Positions 31,201 to 44,112 of a stretch of 64,000 nt of DNA are shown here, piece after piece. Position numbers and translations under genes: made by a program. Under the pieces are notes generated by a model. That model saw only the letters and a list, made by a program, of their open reading frames with translations, did no database searches and was not told the origin of the DNA. Within the stretch, counting starts at the first letter, position 1, and each line of letters opens with the position of its first letter. Source of the stretch: Eledone cirrhosa (taxonomy: Eukaryota); contig OZ024740.1 of assembly GCA_964016885.1 (NCBI GenBank), positions 354,206,001 to 354,270,000 of the forward strand, in the 5' to 3' direction.

Positions 31201-34200
31201 TTACTGATGGCATTTTCACTAAAGAGTAATGACCCATTGTTACTTGACCAATGAGGAATAGAACTTCAATAGATTTGAAAGTTGTCTTGTGGTTATTGAG
31301 GAGAGAGGGAGAAATTCAAGGTATTAGAAAAGGATTTTGTTAATAGCTTTGATATGTTGGAAGTAAGTGTTGGCAATGCCAGATGGGTTGTCCTTGGTGT
31401 GGGACACACTAATGTGTTTCAAGTAATCAGGATGAATTCCCAGAGAGGGAGGCAGAGAGAGAGATTGAAGTGTTTGATAAGGATTTCCTCCTAAGATTCA
31501 TTACTTTTTCTAACTTGATCATGAGTACATTTGCATCATCAGCTGTCAACATTTATTTTTTTTAGTTTATGTTACATCTAGCTACATTTTCATTTGTTCA
31601 CTATTTATTTTATAGATGCTGAAAGAAAGATGTAGTTAAAGACACTATTATGTTTAGTACTCTTAGCTTTAATAACATTTCCAAAATGTATTCCTTTACA
31701 TCTCCAACAACTGAAACATTCTAATATAGTGTTCACACTTTTCAGACACAGCTTAAGTTGTGATGAAGATGAACCTAATGATATTGATACAGGTAAGTAA
31801 ATTATTAGCTTCATCGGAAACACTACTCAATACTAATCCTAATAGTACAGTCTAAGGTAAGTCAATAAAAATAGCCCGTATATTTTGCCAGTCTACACTT
31901 ACAAGTTTGAACTGTGCATTGTAAGTTTATAAATTATTAATTTAATGGTGTTCCCACAGTTTTTAGCAGTGTTGGGCAGATGCTAACAACTAGGTGGACA
32001 GGGATGTTGCAAGATTTAGTGTTTTGTCTACACCTTGCAGTGTCAGAGGTGGAATACAAATTCTGAAACCTTTGATTAACATGTGCTACTTTAAGTATTT
32101 GATGAAACACTAGGCTAAGTTTTGCAAGTGATAGCAGAGTGGTCAATTGAATTTATCTCAATATATTACTAGTATTTATTGTATTAAAATTGAAAGGATT
32201 AAAAACAAAGCCTACTTTTTGTGAATTTGATTGAAAAGTATATACTATATACTAAATTTAGAAACATCTGTTGATTCACTGTTCTTATGGTTTCTCCTGG
32301 ATAAATACAAAGACTTTATATTTTTAGGAGATAGAAATAAGAAATGCTGATGTTTGTACCTTTCTCTCAAGGATATTTGTGACCTAAATGTGCTAACTTG
32401 ATTTCTACTAGAAACTGAAATCATAAGATGTATTCAGTTTCTGGAGAGCTTACCTTCTGCTTTACGATACTCACCAGTATCAAAGTATTTTTTTAAAGTA
32501 ATAGAAATGGAATATAATCTGAATTTAAATCCCTCTTCTTTAAATATCTCCTTCTTAACATTGTTTTGATAAAAAAAATGTTGCATTATAATTCAGCATT
32601 CAAATGTTAATTGTCTTTGGTATTTAATTCTGTTTTATTGTGTAATTCAGATGAGGAAAATGAGATAGTTGAGATAACACAAGCTAAAAGGAACGACTCT
32701 GATGTACAACTGGCAACATCATGTGACAGATACACAATCATAGATCGTAAAAGCCTCAAGCCTACTGTAAGTTATTCCCTTGTCTCATTGTATACCACTA
32801 CTAATATTCCTCCAACCCATATTTCAACATATCTAATCACCAAAACCACTGTTTTTGTCTTGTTTGTTTTAATGCTTGCTTGTATGTGTGTCTGCTCTGA
32901 TATTTGAGAAGGCATTTTATCAATAATTACTAAAGAAATCATCATCATCATCATCATCGTTTAACGTCCATCTTCCACGCTAGTATGTGTTTGGACATGT
33001 AAAGGTATATAGGGTGCTGGATTTATAATCATAATGTTGCGCATTCAATTTCTGGACCAGTCACACATTGTATTATTTAATCAAAACATTTCATTTAACA
33101 TATCTCCAATTCATTCAACTGAAAAGGAATAGTACCAACAGTAGCTGGGAGTTAACACTGTGATGTACTAGCATATTGCCTAGTGGAAAGTCCTATACTC
33201 TCAGTCTCTTAATGCCAATGAAACTGGGATCAGCACCAGCCTGATCAACCTTCAGGCATGGGATGAATTTAAACTTTTTTAACTAAAGAAATAAGCATTT
33301 AGTTTGTTAATTGAAATTTTACATTTTTGCCAAGTTGTTTGAATGTTAAGTATGTTGTCTAACTGTATTCAACATCTCATATGCTGGGTGAACATGATCT
33401 TATGCAAAGAACCAAACCACAATAAACATGGGTCATCACAGTCTGAAGTAGTTCTTATTTGGAATTACTACCCTCTTAGGTGTATCAGGAGTCTATGCCA
33501 TGCTCATATGTTCCACATTTTGGCATGGTTTCTACAATTAAATACCCTTCCTAACACTAACTAGTTTACAGTGTGTACTGGGTAATTTTATGATGATGAC
33601 ACCAAAACAAGGGAGAAGTTGTCTTGTGCACTGTATGACTAGGAGAAGCTCTCTAACCTATGTTGTGTCTGCTGTTTCAAGGCAAACAATTAAAATGGTG
33701 TTGATTAAAAGATAAAAGAGGGGAGAATAGGATTTTTGTGTGAAGGGGGAAACAGTAAGAGTTTGATAGGAGAGAGAGAGAGAGTAAGATTAGTGGGTAG
33801 GGAAGCTGCATGAGCAACATGACAAGATACCAACATTAGGGAGGTTGTCATGTTCTTGACACGATGAGAGAGTCTGCCTGACCCTTTGTCTGGCAATTTT
33901 TCTATGGCTGGATGCCCTGCCTATCACCAACCACTTTACATTGTGTACTGGGTACATTTATTTTGTAAATCAATATTGGGGAGGTTGTCATGCCCTTGAT
34001 TCGACTGGAGGGTCTTCTCGACTCTTTCTTTATATTATATTAGTTGTTTTGATTAGATATTCGTTTTACTTTTTGCAGTTGGATTACATTAGAAGAAAAC
34101 GCTCAATTGGATTGAATATAGAGAGCTTAGGAGAAGGTCGGTTTGGAACTATTATCTGGATTACGGTAAGTCTTAATATGCATTTCTTTTATTATTTTAC

Positions 34201-37200
34201 CTCACAAGAGTATAGGGAATAGCAGAATTGTTAGAGCATCAGGCAAATGCTTTGCGGTATGTTCCAGTTCTTTATGTTCTGAGTTGAAAATCTGTTGAGG
34301 TCAGCTTTGCTTTTCATACTTCCAGAGTCGATAAAAAATAAAGTATGAGTCAAATACTGGAGTCAGCTTAATCAACTTTTCACCTCTCACTAAATTGTTG
34401 GCCTTGTGCCTAAATAAAAAACCGTTATTATACTCCATAAGAGCTGTAGAGAGGTCAAAGCTGTAGAGCAGCTGACTAAATGCTTTCTAATATCTAGTTT
34501 TGTTCCTCCATCCATCCCACTTACCATGATGTTACCATTCATTTCTTTCATCAGAGCCTAATGAAAAGTGCCTAGCATTTACTGGAGTCAATTCAATCTG
34601 CTGTTTTCTTGTTTTAGTGTATCTATTACTTATCTTTTACATTCAGAATATTTTATTTCTTGCCTCATCAATATTTAATTATATATATATTTTTTTTACA
34701 GATAGCAGTGAAGTCACATGTCTATATTTTTGATTTTAAAATTTTGGAGAAAAACATTTTCAATTATGGACTCAAAGCCATTTTAGAGGACTCAACTATA
34801 ACCAAAGTAAGTCTTTTTTGTTGAAAAGGAATAATTACAGTATATTTTTTGAGTTTAGTTCAGTATAAGAGTGATGAGCTGGTCATTAATGGAGAATAGG
34901 ACTAGATTCATTACATTTGCTTCACCTTTCTCACTTTAGCGCTCAAATCCTGCCAGTGTTCTCTAAAAGCAAACTGACATTGTTATCAAAGTATAGTACA
35001 TTGGTTCCATGTAAATTCCACACCATGAAATTACTTCCGGAAAATTCTATCCAGAAAATTCCTCCCTCAAAAATTTCTTTTTCGCCCACTTATTCCTGAG
35101 AGGATCGTGGGGGCAAAGTCCTCAAACACTCCTTCCAGGACACTGCCCCCATGACCCTCTCGGGAATTTTCACACTACAAAAATAGCTTCCATAATTTTG
35201 AAATACTATAAGTTTAGTGGTGATGATGTCAGTGGAAAAATTAACTTACCATTGACGACATGGGTTCAACTCCTGTTATAGTCAAAACATTATAGACAAG
35301 AAGGTATCTGACTGTATAGTTTAAAATGCTAATTTCATGCAAACAGCTGTTAAGCTCTTGTTGGGTGGAATTTTCAAGGGCAGAAATTTTTATGGGGTTA
35401 AATTTTTGAGGGTGGAATTTTCCTGTCAACCAGTATATCAGTAGAAATTGATGTTTTATGTCATGAGGCAAATTAACTAATTAGTTGGTCAAAAGATATT
35501 CACCTATTAAAACAATAATATTGAAACGATGGATAAGAAGAAGCATCAAAACAAAAATTTGGTTTATATGTGTGAAAAAGACGAATTGTATTTTAGAAAC
35601 CAAAGGATTCGTGAGGTACATAATATAGCTTGCTTTAGATTGCATACTTGACAAGCAAGTTTTATTCCTCATTGATAGATGATTTACTAAAGCCACCGTT
35701 TAACCCATGCTACCATGAAAAATTGTTGTTAAACAATGCCATAAAATAGCATATCATGAAGTCTATTAAATAACAAAGACCTGTATTTTAGCCACCTAAA
35801 AATGAATGTAGTTCATTTGGTGGATGTTAGAGGTATCCAAGACAATAGAACACATTGTGGCTACTTTATTTTATCTTACTAATTTAATTACTAATCTCAG
35901 TTTTCATCTCTTTGGATTTGATATTTTCCATAGTTCTAGAATAGTATTTTCAATATGATACTCAAATCTCGTCAAGTTTAACTTTAATTTTTACATAGTC
36001 AATAAAATCTAATGCCAGTCAATGGCAGTGGATTGGTAAGAGTGTCAGACAAGATGCCTGTTGGTATTTAGTCTGGCTCTTTACATTTTGAGTTCTTGGA
36101 CAGTAGACCTACTTAATCTATCACCCAGTTTAACATCACTGCCTGGTCTTTAATGATCTTGGCAGAATTCATTCAGTTGCAAGCATTCAGATCTGGTTTC
36201 CAGTTTCAGCATAACGTCTTCACTTTCTCTTACAAATTTTGGAAGCCCTAAGAAAATAAAGTATCATAACCACTGCCCTTCCATAATTGACTAAATAGTA
36301 AAAAAAAAACAAAAAACATTTTTTTTCTTGTTTTAAAAGCAAAATTTGCGGAAATGTTTATATTATAATTTTCTGTTTTAGTTTATCCATGATTGCCGTT
36401 TTATGTCTGATCTTCTGTACCACAACTATAATGTGCAGTTAACAAATGTTTTTGATACACAAGTAAGTATTTTTCAAAAGTAATTTTTAAATCTAATGAG
36501 ATTTTAAAATAATAAATATCCATTTGAGGTTAAGCTGGAATCTGACTTCAGATCAGCAAATAAAGCATTCTGGCAGACCATCTGCTGTCAGGAACGCATC
36601 TGGGGTCGTCTTCTCTTCAGAATGGTGTATCCTCATGAGGTGGAGTGAATACTTTGTCGATCACAACAGCATCTTCTGATGTACATGAGGTGACTAATCT
36701 CTCGAAGGCTGGGGTCATAAGAGCAATTAAAGAGCTCAAATGTGGTAAGGCTGCTGGGGAAGATGAAATCCAGTCCGAAATGTTAAAAGCCTTAAATAGA
36801 GAAGGATCTCCTTGTTAAGCCTCCCCAGTAAAGTCTATGCTAAGTGTCTGGCAGAGAGATGCAGGGAGACTGTCGAGTCCAAGCTAGCTGATGAACAGTG
36901 CGGTTTTCGCCCCAGGCACAGCATGGCTGACCAAACATATATATCGTCATTATCATCATTTTTACGTCTGCTTCTCCATGTTTGCATAGGTTGGACATAA
37001 AAGGTTGTCCTGAAGAACACCCAGTTGTAAAATTTTGCCACAAAATATTTTGTCTGATCCATGCCATGGTCAACTTTGCATGTTATCCTTCTAGAATTGA
37101 TGAAATAAAATACCAGTCAACTACTAGGGTTGATTTGACCAACTTTGCTGGCCTTGTGCCTAAATTAAAAATCAATATTTTTATATGCTCAGCATTTGTC

Positions 37201-40200
37201 TTTCGTTTTTACAGTCATGTACCGAGGTTGATAAAAATTGGTTATACCATTCCCCTAAAAATGTGTGGTCTTGTAAGAAATCATTATTCTAACAGGATTT
37301 TGTCACTGAAATAGAGGAATAATGCTTGGTTCACACAATCTGAAAACTTCACTGAATCTAAATTGGTTAAGAACCCAGTAGTTTGTAGGTTTTCAATTAA
37401 TTTACAGTAGATTTTCCATTGTTGGAGTTCAATAGATTAAGTACATCATTATTCTTGTCATTGTCACTGCTACCATCACCACCAACACCATTTTTTCATT
37501 CACTTCTCCATGCTGGACAAGATTTTGAGACAGCATTCTACAGTTGGATGATCTTCCTGACACCGACCCATTCTTTTTATGCTTAACCCTTTCATTACCA
37601 TATTCCTAATGAAAGACACTGCCTGTGATTTTCAAGTAATTTGGAAGGATTTAGTAATATAACTAACTTTCTTATTGTTAAGCTGGTGTTTGGAACTTAA
37701 CTTAACAAAGGTTCATACATGAAATTACAGTAGAAGATTTTAGATGATATAAACACTTTAAAATAAACAGATTTGTTTCATAAAAGCAGGGGCAGTTACA
37801 GGTAGTCTATTATCAAAATGTTTAAGTATGGCACATAAATCCACTGATCTTTACCAAACTGCTAAACTATAAGATGTAAGCAAATGGCACTGCTTACACA
37901 TTGCCACGAAGACATATGGAAACAGATACACCCATGCACTTACATACCACACTCAAGCACACAGTTTCCACACAGAAGCCTGATGTATATATAGTATGTA
38001 TGCCTGTGTTTACATTTGTGTCTCATGATTCAGTGGTTTGACTAAATAGAGAATGATAAAATTAACACCAGGCTTGAAAAGTCAGAACTGGGATCAATAT
38101 AATCGACTAAATCAAGGCAGTGCCTCTGCATGGCTGCAGTCTAATGACCAAAACTAGTAAAAGAATAACAAAAATTTTAAATATTTTTTTACATCTTAAT
38201 AATAATGTTTTATATAAGTATCACTGTTGTGATTGTGAATTGGATTTTCATTTTCAAAATAAAATTTTCTATTTAAAATACATTTCTTTAATATTATTCT
38301 TGTTAAATTTTAAGGTTGCTGATGTGTTTGTTCATCGTATATGGCATGGATATGGTCAACAAGATACGTGGCCAAAATACGTCCAAAATTTGGCTGCTTG
38401 TTTATATGGACACTTGGAACTAAGCACTGAACAGATATCTTGCATTCGAATCAGACAGAACAGATCAAAAGTAAGTTAATTGCTTCTCTTAAACTATCTT
38501 GTTAATGTTCATACATCATGGCCTAGAATCATAACATATGGAAGTTAGACTAGTACAAATTAGAAATAGGAAATTTTGATTGTGAGGTTTTTATTTTGTA
38601 CATATACTATTTTTTACATGTTTCAGAGACAAAATCAAGCTAGATGAGATGTAGTTCAGCTTTATGCCAGGTAGTGATACTATTGATGCCCTTTTGTGAA
38701 ACATCTGCAGAAGTACTGAGCTAAGAGTAAGCATTTGTGCCTTGAATTTATGGATCTGGAGAAGTCTTCTCGTTTCAAATTAATAAAATTGAGAACTAAG
38801 ATATTTTTCTTCATAAACAAAAATTAGAGATGTAGGAAAGCATCTAAAATTCAAATTTGATTCAGAATTCATAGTGTACTAAGTGAATTTTGTCATGGCA
38901 TTAAAACTATAGTGGTTGTCAAGTTCTTGACAAGACAAAAAGGTCCTCTTCACCCATAAACAAGATCTCATGAGGTACATCATCATCTAACATTCACTTT
39001 CTCTGCTAGCAAGGATTGGACAAGTCATCAACAGACAATCAATACTCAAGCAGAGCTATGATCTCTCAGATGGGCCTGGGGCCTGCATCTTACTTACATA
39101 CATTCCTGCACTCTACCAAATGCTCAGAAAGGTTGAAAATAATATACTAAGTTTGATTCAATTGAAAATGTCCCCACTCCACCCCTGCACCTGAAAATCA
39201 AAAATCATCACCTTGAACAGTCACCAAGAATTTTCTGCTTGTATTTGTTTTTTTTTAGTTTTATTTATTTATTTATTATTTTTTTTTTGATCAGCAAGAA
39301 GAAGACTTTTGGACTCAGCAGCCACTTTCTGTTCCTCTAGCAGAGCGTCTGTATTCAAGTGTTGTCTATATAGAAGAACTAGGACATTTACTTATGAACA
39401 AAATGATGGTAGAATATTTGGCCTGTGTAGACATTTATCTTGGGACCACCAGGGATTTGAATGATTCTGAAGCTCTTTGGACATTGGTGAGTAGTTTTAC
39501 CCTTATCTTTCTTTTTCTCTTTCTAAAATTATTTCATTATTAAAATAGTAACTTAACATATTGTTCTCGTATAACATTGTGTTGGGAAATTTAAATTTAA
39601 ATAGGAACCCTTTAAAATGGGTGGTTTTGTTTCATAGAACCAGAGCCAGTTTCAGGGAATTTGGTAATGTAACACAGCTCATTGTTGTAATGTAATACAG
39701 AGCATTGTATAAGTGATAGACAAGTACTGAGATCAGATCTTACCATACTTAATGAAAATAAAGTTTTCAGTTCTGATCCAATGGGGCTCACCATTACTAT
39801 TATGTTGATTTGATAAAATAAGTTTTATAGAATATTATTTCCCTGTCTGGATTGGCAGTATTGGTAGAGGGTCGGACGCCATGCTTTGATGCAAAGAGTT
39901 ACGGCCCTTTCCATTCTGAGTTCAAATCCCGCTGAGGTTAACTTTGCCTTTCATCCTTACAGGGTCGATAAAATAAAGTACCAGTAATACACTGGATAAT
40001 TGATGGCCTTGTGCCAAAAGTAGAAACAATTATTTCCCTGTCTTATTCATTATCTTTTTTCTTTTTTTATTTTTCAGAATAAAAGAGAGTTTTTGCCAAA
40101 ATCTTTCTCTGATATTAACAAATTTACTCATGTTATCAAAGAAAGTTTCAAAGACAAGGAAAACAAACCAATTGAATTTTGTTTTAGACAATCTAAATCT

Positions 40201-42197
40201 TGTACTTGTGAATCTCCAATTCCAAATCTAGGATCTTTACAGTCCCGTGAAGAATGTATAAATACTGTTGAAGATCCCTTACAATGTGACAAAGACTCTA
40301 AGGTGTCTTCACATCATCACAAAGTCTGTAAAAATGATAAGAAACCTTCAACAGATAAAAAATCTCCAAACAGTAAAGATTGTTCTACACATAAAAACTT
40401 CTTAAATGGTCAAGAATTTTTAAAACGTTCTGAAGATTTCTCAAGCATGAAAGAGCGTTTATATCAGAATGACTCTAAAAGTGTTGAAGAACAATCTCCA
40501 GATAAAGAAAATTTTACAAATATCAAAGGAATGCCTGAGCATAAATCTTCCACATACAGTGAAGTATGTCATACATGTTTTAAAGACTTCTCAGAAAACA
40601 AAGAACAATCCTCATATCACAAAAAATATAAAGACTGTCAGAAGACTTCAACACAACTTAAAAATTTGACAGATATCTCATTTTCTTCCACTGTTTCTGA
40701 TGACCACAAAGAAATACGATCATCTCACCTTAAACATTGCTTTAATGGGAAAGAATCACATTATGAAAATTGCAAAAACACTCCCGATCCTTCACTTTGT
40801 TCTAAAAGACACACAAAAAACAGTAAGGAACACCCAAATAGTTTTTTGGACAATTTTAGCAGTAAAAATACATCAGCCAAAAATATGGATTTCAGTGATC
40901 GTAAGTATAAGTATCTTATAACTGTATTCTAGTTTAACCTACTGTTTGGTATTAAATTTTTTGCTTTAGTATTTATGATGACTAAATGATTCAGTGCAGG
41001 TTGTAAAGGTGTTAAAATGACAAAAATATGTGACTAAGAAAACATTTTAACTTTTTGAGTAAATTGGCAAGCAAAGGTAACATGTCAATAAAACTAGGAA
41101 TGTCTAGTTAAAACAGTTCCCAAACTGTGTGCTTCAGTTTACTGGTGTACTGCAAAATGTAATTAGGTGCACTGCAAAATAGCCTGCTATTTCAAACTGA
41201 AAAACATAAATTGAAATTCATAATAAAGTTCATAAAGTGGAAAACAACTAAACTGAAAATGATACCCTTGCTAAAAGAACTAAGCACAGAAGGAAGTGTA
41301 TACAATATTTTTGTATATTGAATTATCTATATGCCTACTTAATTTATCTACGTCTACCTCTTTTGGATAAAATTTTGAATTTACGTACAAAGTGCATGAA
41401 AATATTTTTACTAGTTCTAAAGTGTGCTGTGAATAAAAGAAAAAATTAGTCACCACTGAGCTTTTAATGAATCGTAGGTAACTAGATTATATGGAAAACA
41501 AATATTTAGCTTTGATTGATTATTAAAGTTTGTTTTCATTTTAATTTAACCCTTTAGTATTTATTACATTGCTTTAATATTATATTTTTGCAGTAAAGAT
41601 TTTATTTCACATAGTTATCTCAAATAATATGGAATCAGATTTTGATGATATTATTTATTTTGAGAACAATACCTTAACATTGGTATACTGTTCTGGTTAT
41701 GGCTGGTTTGAACATTTTAAATAAAGGGTTAAATAAAGTTTCGTTTTAGACGATTATATTCAAAGCAATATAATGTTTAATGGTGTTAAACTGATTTTTT
41801 TTTTTCATCTTTAGATTCTGAAGAGTCTCAAGAAGAGAATGTTCTAATTGAAGATGCCCAAAAGATATTTCAGAATGACTTTACAACACCTGGACTAAGA
41901 AACTTTTTAGACCAATCTTCTGGTCCTAGTTCCAAATTAAATTGCTGGTGGACAGAGAAAGAAAGCAATGTCTCAAAAAAAGATAATTCCAAAGTTACCT
42001 CATACAATGACCATCAGAAAACAGAGAAAGTCCACAATAAAGTTGATGTAGACAGTTCTGCTATAGATTGGTCTTTATACAAAGGTGTTCCTTTCTATAA
42101 TAATGTGATCTTTTACCCAGCAGGCTATCAACGCTCCACCAAAAAAAAGAACAAAAGAGCAACTGATAAGAAACTGAAATGCTTACACATAAAATAA
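25112..42197 (+). CDS. EXD1: piRNA biogenesis protein EXD1 (Lsm-like N-terminus plus DEDDy/DnaQ-like exonuclease domain); 12 coding exons, 2229 nt, about 742 aa
   Basis: Exons 25112-25226, 27652-27720, 30261-30315, 31746-31792, 32651-32766, 34079-34165, 34702-34806, 36382-36462, 38315-38470, 39295-39486, 40078-40900 and 41815-42197 all have GT..AG boundaries and splice in frame to a TAA at 42195-42197. The translation contains IGLNIESLGEGRFGTIIWITIAVKSHVYIFD...GLKAILEDSTITKFIHDCRFMSDLLYHNYNVQLTNVFDTQVADV, matching the EXD1 signature as I recall it (GLQMILEDKRILKVIHDCRWLSDCLSHQYGILLNNVFDTQVADV). Confidence 0.9.
27652..27720 (+). CDS. EXD1: EXD1 coding exon 2 (VHDPATGKKYPGFRHFYVVEILD), second half of the Lsm fold
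   Basis: Acceptor tttttcag, donor gtaagt, phase 1/1. Resembles the vertebrate EXD1 long-isoform stretch GRSVPGVKVFFGHEILNV (recalled). Confidence 0.85.
27806..28144 (+). mobile_element. tRNA-derived SINE with an RTE-derived tail, in EXD1 intron 2
   Basis: Near-identical to 12783-13115. Confidence 0.88.
28182..28412. mobile_element. TTAA-flanked MITE with CTCTTA termini (related copy at about 5772-5986)
   Basis: TTAA-CTCTTA...TAAGAG-TTAA at both copies. Confidence 0.5.
29581..29763 (+). mobile_element. tRNA-derived SINE, same family
   Basis: Same core, TSD ATTATTTCTC. Confidence 0.88.
29890..30115 (+). mobile_element. Expander-like RTE 3' end fragment (further short copies at about 30870-31070 and 35080-35165 on the minus strand)
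   Basis: Similar to the 3' end of the 4085-4500 copy. Confidence 0.7.
30261..30315 (+). CDS. EXD1: EXD1 coding exon 3 (LKFDVNNEYSTGELTYED)
   Basis: ttttgcag / gtaaga, phase 1/2, keeps the frame. Confidence 0.75.
31746..31792 (+). CDS. EXD1: EXD1 coding exon 4 (THSLSCDEDEPNDIDT)
   Basis: ttttcag / gtaagt, phase 2/1, needed to keep the frame between exons 3 and 5. Confidence 0.7.
32651..32766 (+). CDS. EXD1: EXD1 coding exon 5 (DEENEIVEITQ...YTIIDRKSLKPT)
   Basis: aattcag / gtaagt, phase 1/0. YTIID matches the YTVI motif that precedes the EXD1 exonuclease domain. Confidence 0.85.
34079..34165 (+). CDS. EXD1: EXD1 coding exon 6 (LDYIRRKRSIGLNIESLGEGRFGTIIWIT), ExoI region
   Basis: ttttgcag / gtaagt, phase 0/0. 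Confidence 0.9.
34702..34806 (+). CDS. EXD1: EXD1 coding exon 7 (IAVKSHVYIFDFKILEKNIFNYGLKAILEDSTITK)
   Basis: tttacag / gtaagt, phase 0/0. Confidence 0.92.
36382..36462 (+). CDS. EXD1: EXD1 coding exon 8 (FIHDCRFMSDLLYHNYNVQLTNVFDTQ), ExoII region
   Basis: gttttag / gtaagt, phase 0/0. Contains the HDCR and NVFDTQ motifs. Confidence 0.93.
36520..36935 (+). mobile_element. Expander/Rex3-like RTE internal fragment
   Basis: GKAAGEDEI..EMLKAL and LLSLPSKVYAKCL...EQCGFRP. Confidence 0.8.
38315..38470 (+). CDS. EXD1: EXD1 coding exon 9 (VADVFVHRIWHG...RIRQNRSK)
   Basis: ttttaag / gtaagt, phase 0/0. Continues DTQ|VADV. Confidence 0.92.
39295..39486 (+). CDS. EXD1: EXD1 coding exon 10 (QEEDFWTQQPLSVPL...YLACVDIYLGTTRD...LWTL), ExoIII region
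   Basis: T-tract+gatcag / gtgagt, phase 0/0. W..(R)PL and VD.YL motifs. Confidence 0.9.
39848..40029 (+). mobile_element. tRNA-derived SINE, about 50 bp upstream of EXD1 exon 11
   Basis: Same core, TSD TTATTTCCCTGTCT. Confidence 0.9.
40078..40900 (+). CDS. EXD1: EXD1 coding exon 11, large low-complexity Ser/Lys/His/Cys-rich exon
   Basis: ttttcag / gtaagt, phase 0/1. 823 nt open frame that overlaps ORF 40093-40932. Confidence 0.8.
41550..41728. mobile_element. TTAA-flanked MITE (piggyBac-like ends); related copies at about 7260-7472 and 22504-22690
   Basis: TTAA-CCCTTT...AAAGGG-TTAA, with internal sequence shared by the other copies. Confidence 0.65.
41815..42197 (+). CDS. EXD1: EXD1 terminal coding exon 12 (HSEESQEENV...KLKCLHIK*)
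   Basis: T-tract+catctttag acceptor, phase 1, 126 further open codons to TAA. Confidence 0.78.
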
Positions 42198-43019
42198 TAG
42201 TTCTGCTGATAACCCCCCACCCCAACCTCATATCTGCAGAAAAAGAAAGAATACTGATGAACACACTGATTATTTTTTTATGCTACAACGGATCACATAA
42301 TTGATTCAGTCAAAAACACAAAATGGCTTCTGTTCTTAAAAATGAAATTTTATAATATATTTATGTATATCTTTTATAAAGATTTTTTTCTAAGTATACT
42401 TTCTAGATTAGTAGATGTGTGGTTTAAATACTGTTGAGAGGGCATCATCATAATTTATTTACTAAAGTATTCCAATTTATGACACACAAGCTGTACAAGA
42501 ACTTTTACTATCCCATTCTTCTATGACTTGGACAGGTCTGCAAATTCTGAAATTTTTTTTTATTGAATTTCACATTGGATTTTAAGTCTGATAGTATATT
42601 TTTTTCTTAATGATTTTTAAATGGAAGTTTTCATACAAATGTAATGTTAGGTGGTAACCTAATGAAAGAAGTAAGCAGTCTTTGCTCTATTCTGGTTGTT
42701 CATTTTCTAATTATAATATAAATACTTTTGAAACTTTTAGAGACATCTAAGTGCTGGTACTTTGAGCATGTTTTATAGTGATAAGAAATCTTCTGTTGCT
42801 ACTCTATTTCAGATACAGCATTTTATGGCCATTTTCCCCTGCTTACACTGATTAATCTTGCAGGGCCCTATGAAAAACTTCATGCTCATCATGGGGTCTT
42901 TTTTGAAGCAATGTCTTACAGCTGGTTGCTCGTCCTGGTGCTAACCTTTTTAATCCCCTTGTATGACAGGCTAGGATACAGTGTACCTATTTTAAACTGG
43001 ACATATATATATATATCTT

Positions 43020-43870
43020 TTTCTTCGCCCACTTATTGCCGAGAGGGTTGTGGGGGCAGGGTCCTCAAAAAAGCCTTCTAGCAGGTTCTGTCGAAAGCAA
43101 CCAGCACCAATTCATCTGGCTGAATCCCCAAGCGAGACCAGCCAAGCTCATGGATGTTATCCATCTATCTTGCTCTGGGTCTTCTGCTGGTTGGTTTTGC
43201 CTGTAAAATCTGTCCAGTGATTCTTTCCTGTGACATTCTAACCACATGCCCATAGTATCGGAGCTGTGATCTCTCAATTCAGAGAAGTAGTGGCTCTACC
43301 TGAAGTGACTAGCTGATCTCCAAGCTACGCACTCAAACAAGTATCGTTACTCTAAGGACCCTTCAGAGGAACCCCATTTCGGCCGCTTGTATTCGTGATT
43401 GTATTCTTTTGGTCATTACCCAAGATTTATGACCATAGTTAAGGGTTGGCACAATACTGAATTGAAGATAGTGAGTTTGGCTTTTACGCCTACCTCCCTT
43501 CTGAATGTTGAAGCTGGCGCATTCCTGCACCAGCTCCTGCAGTTCTTGCACTTAATACAGCTTCTTACTTTCCATCACTCGTGAACATGACCCTGAGATG
43601 CTTGAACTTCTTTACCTGCTTCAGTGGAACTCTATTTACATGTAGAGCACTGCACAGGCTTCCTTAAGAGGATGAGTGTCTCAGTTTTTACAGCAATAAT
43701 TTTTGTTCTAGCTATGCAGCACTCAGTATCAAACCTATCGAGTGCAACTCGGAGATCACCTGTCGAGTTAAGTAACACCATGTCATTTGCAAATTTCAGC
43801 CGACTGATTTTACACCCGCAAATCATGATACCACTTCCAACCCGGCTGAGCACGTGAATCCTTTTCATGT
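43020..43870 (-). mobile_element. Expander/Rex3-like RTE 3' part
   Basis: FANDMVLL (the FADD position), PTLNYGHKSWVMTKRIQSRIQAAEMGFL. Confidence 0.85.
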
Positions 43871-44068
43871 AAATAATAATAAGAGGTATTAGTACACACT
43901 CCCACATTGAAAATATATATATATATATATATAAGCAAGTATTGCACCAAGAAAAATAAGATGTTGGCGTGAACAGATTATGAATTTATTTGCTCTCAGC
44001 CAAACATAGTTCACAGGGACGTCTTTCATTCCAGTATGGTCGGGCAAATTTTAGCATGGACCATTGTA

Positions 44069-44112
<44 letters not shown>

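Noticed and set aside
31616-31792. Longer version of EXD1 exon 4 using the AG at 31614-31615
   Set aside because: It gives an immediate in-frame TGA in the required phase. The acceptor at 31745 keeps the frame.
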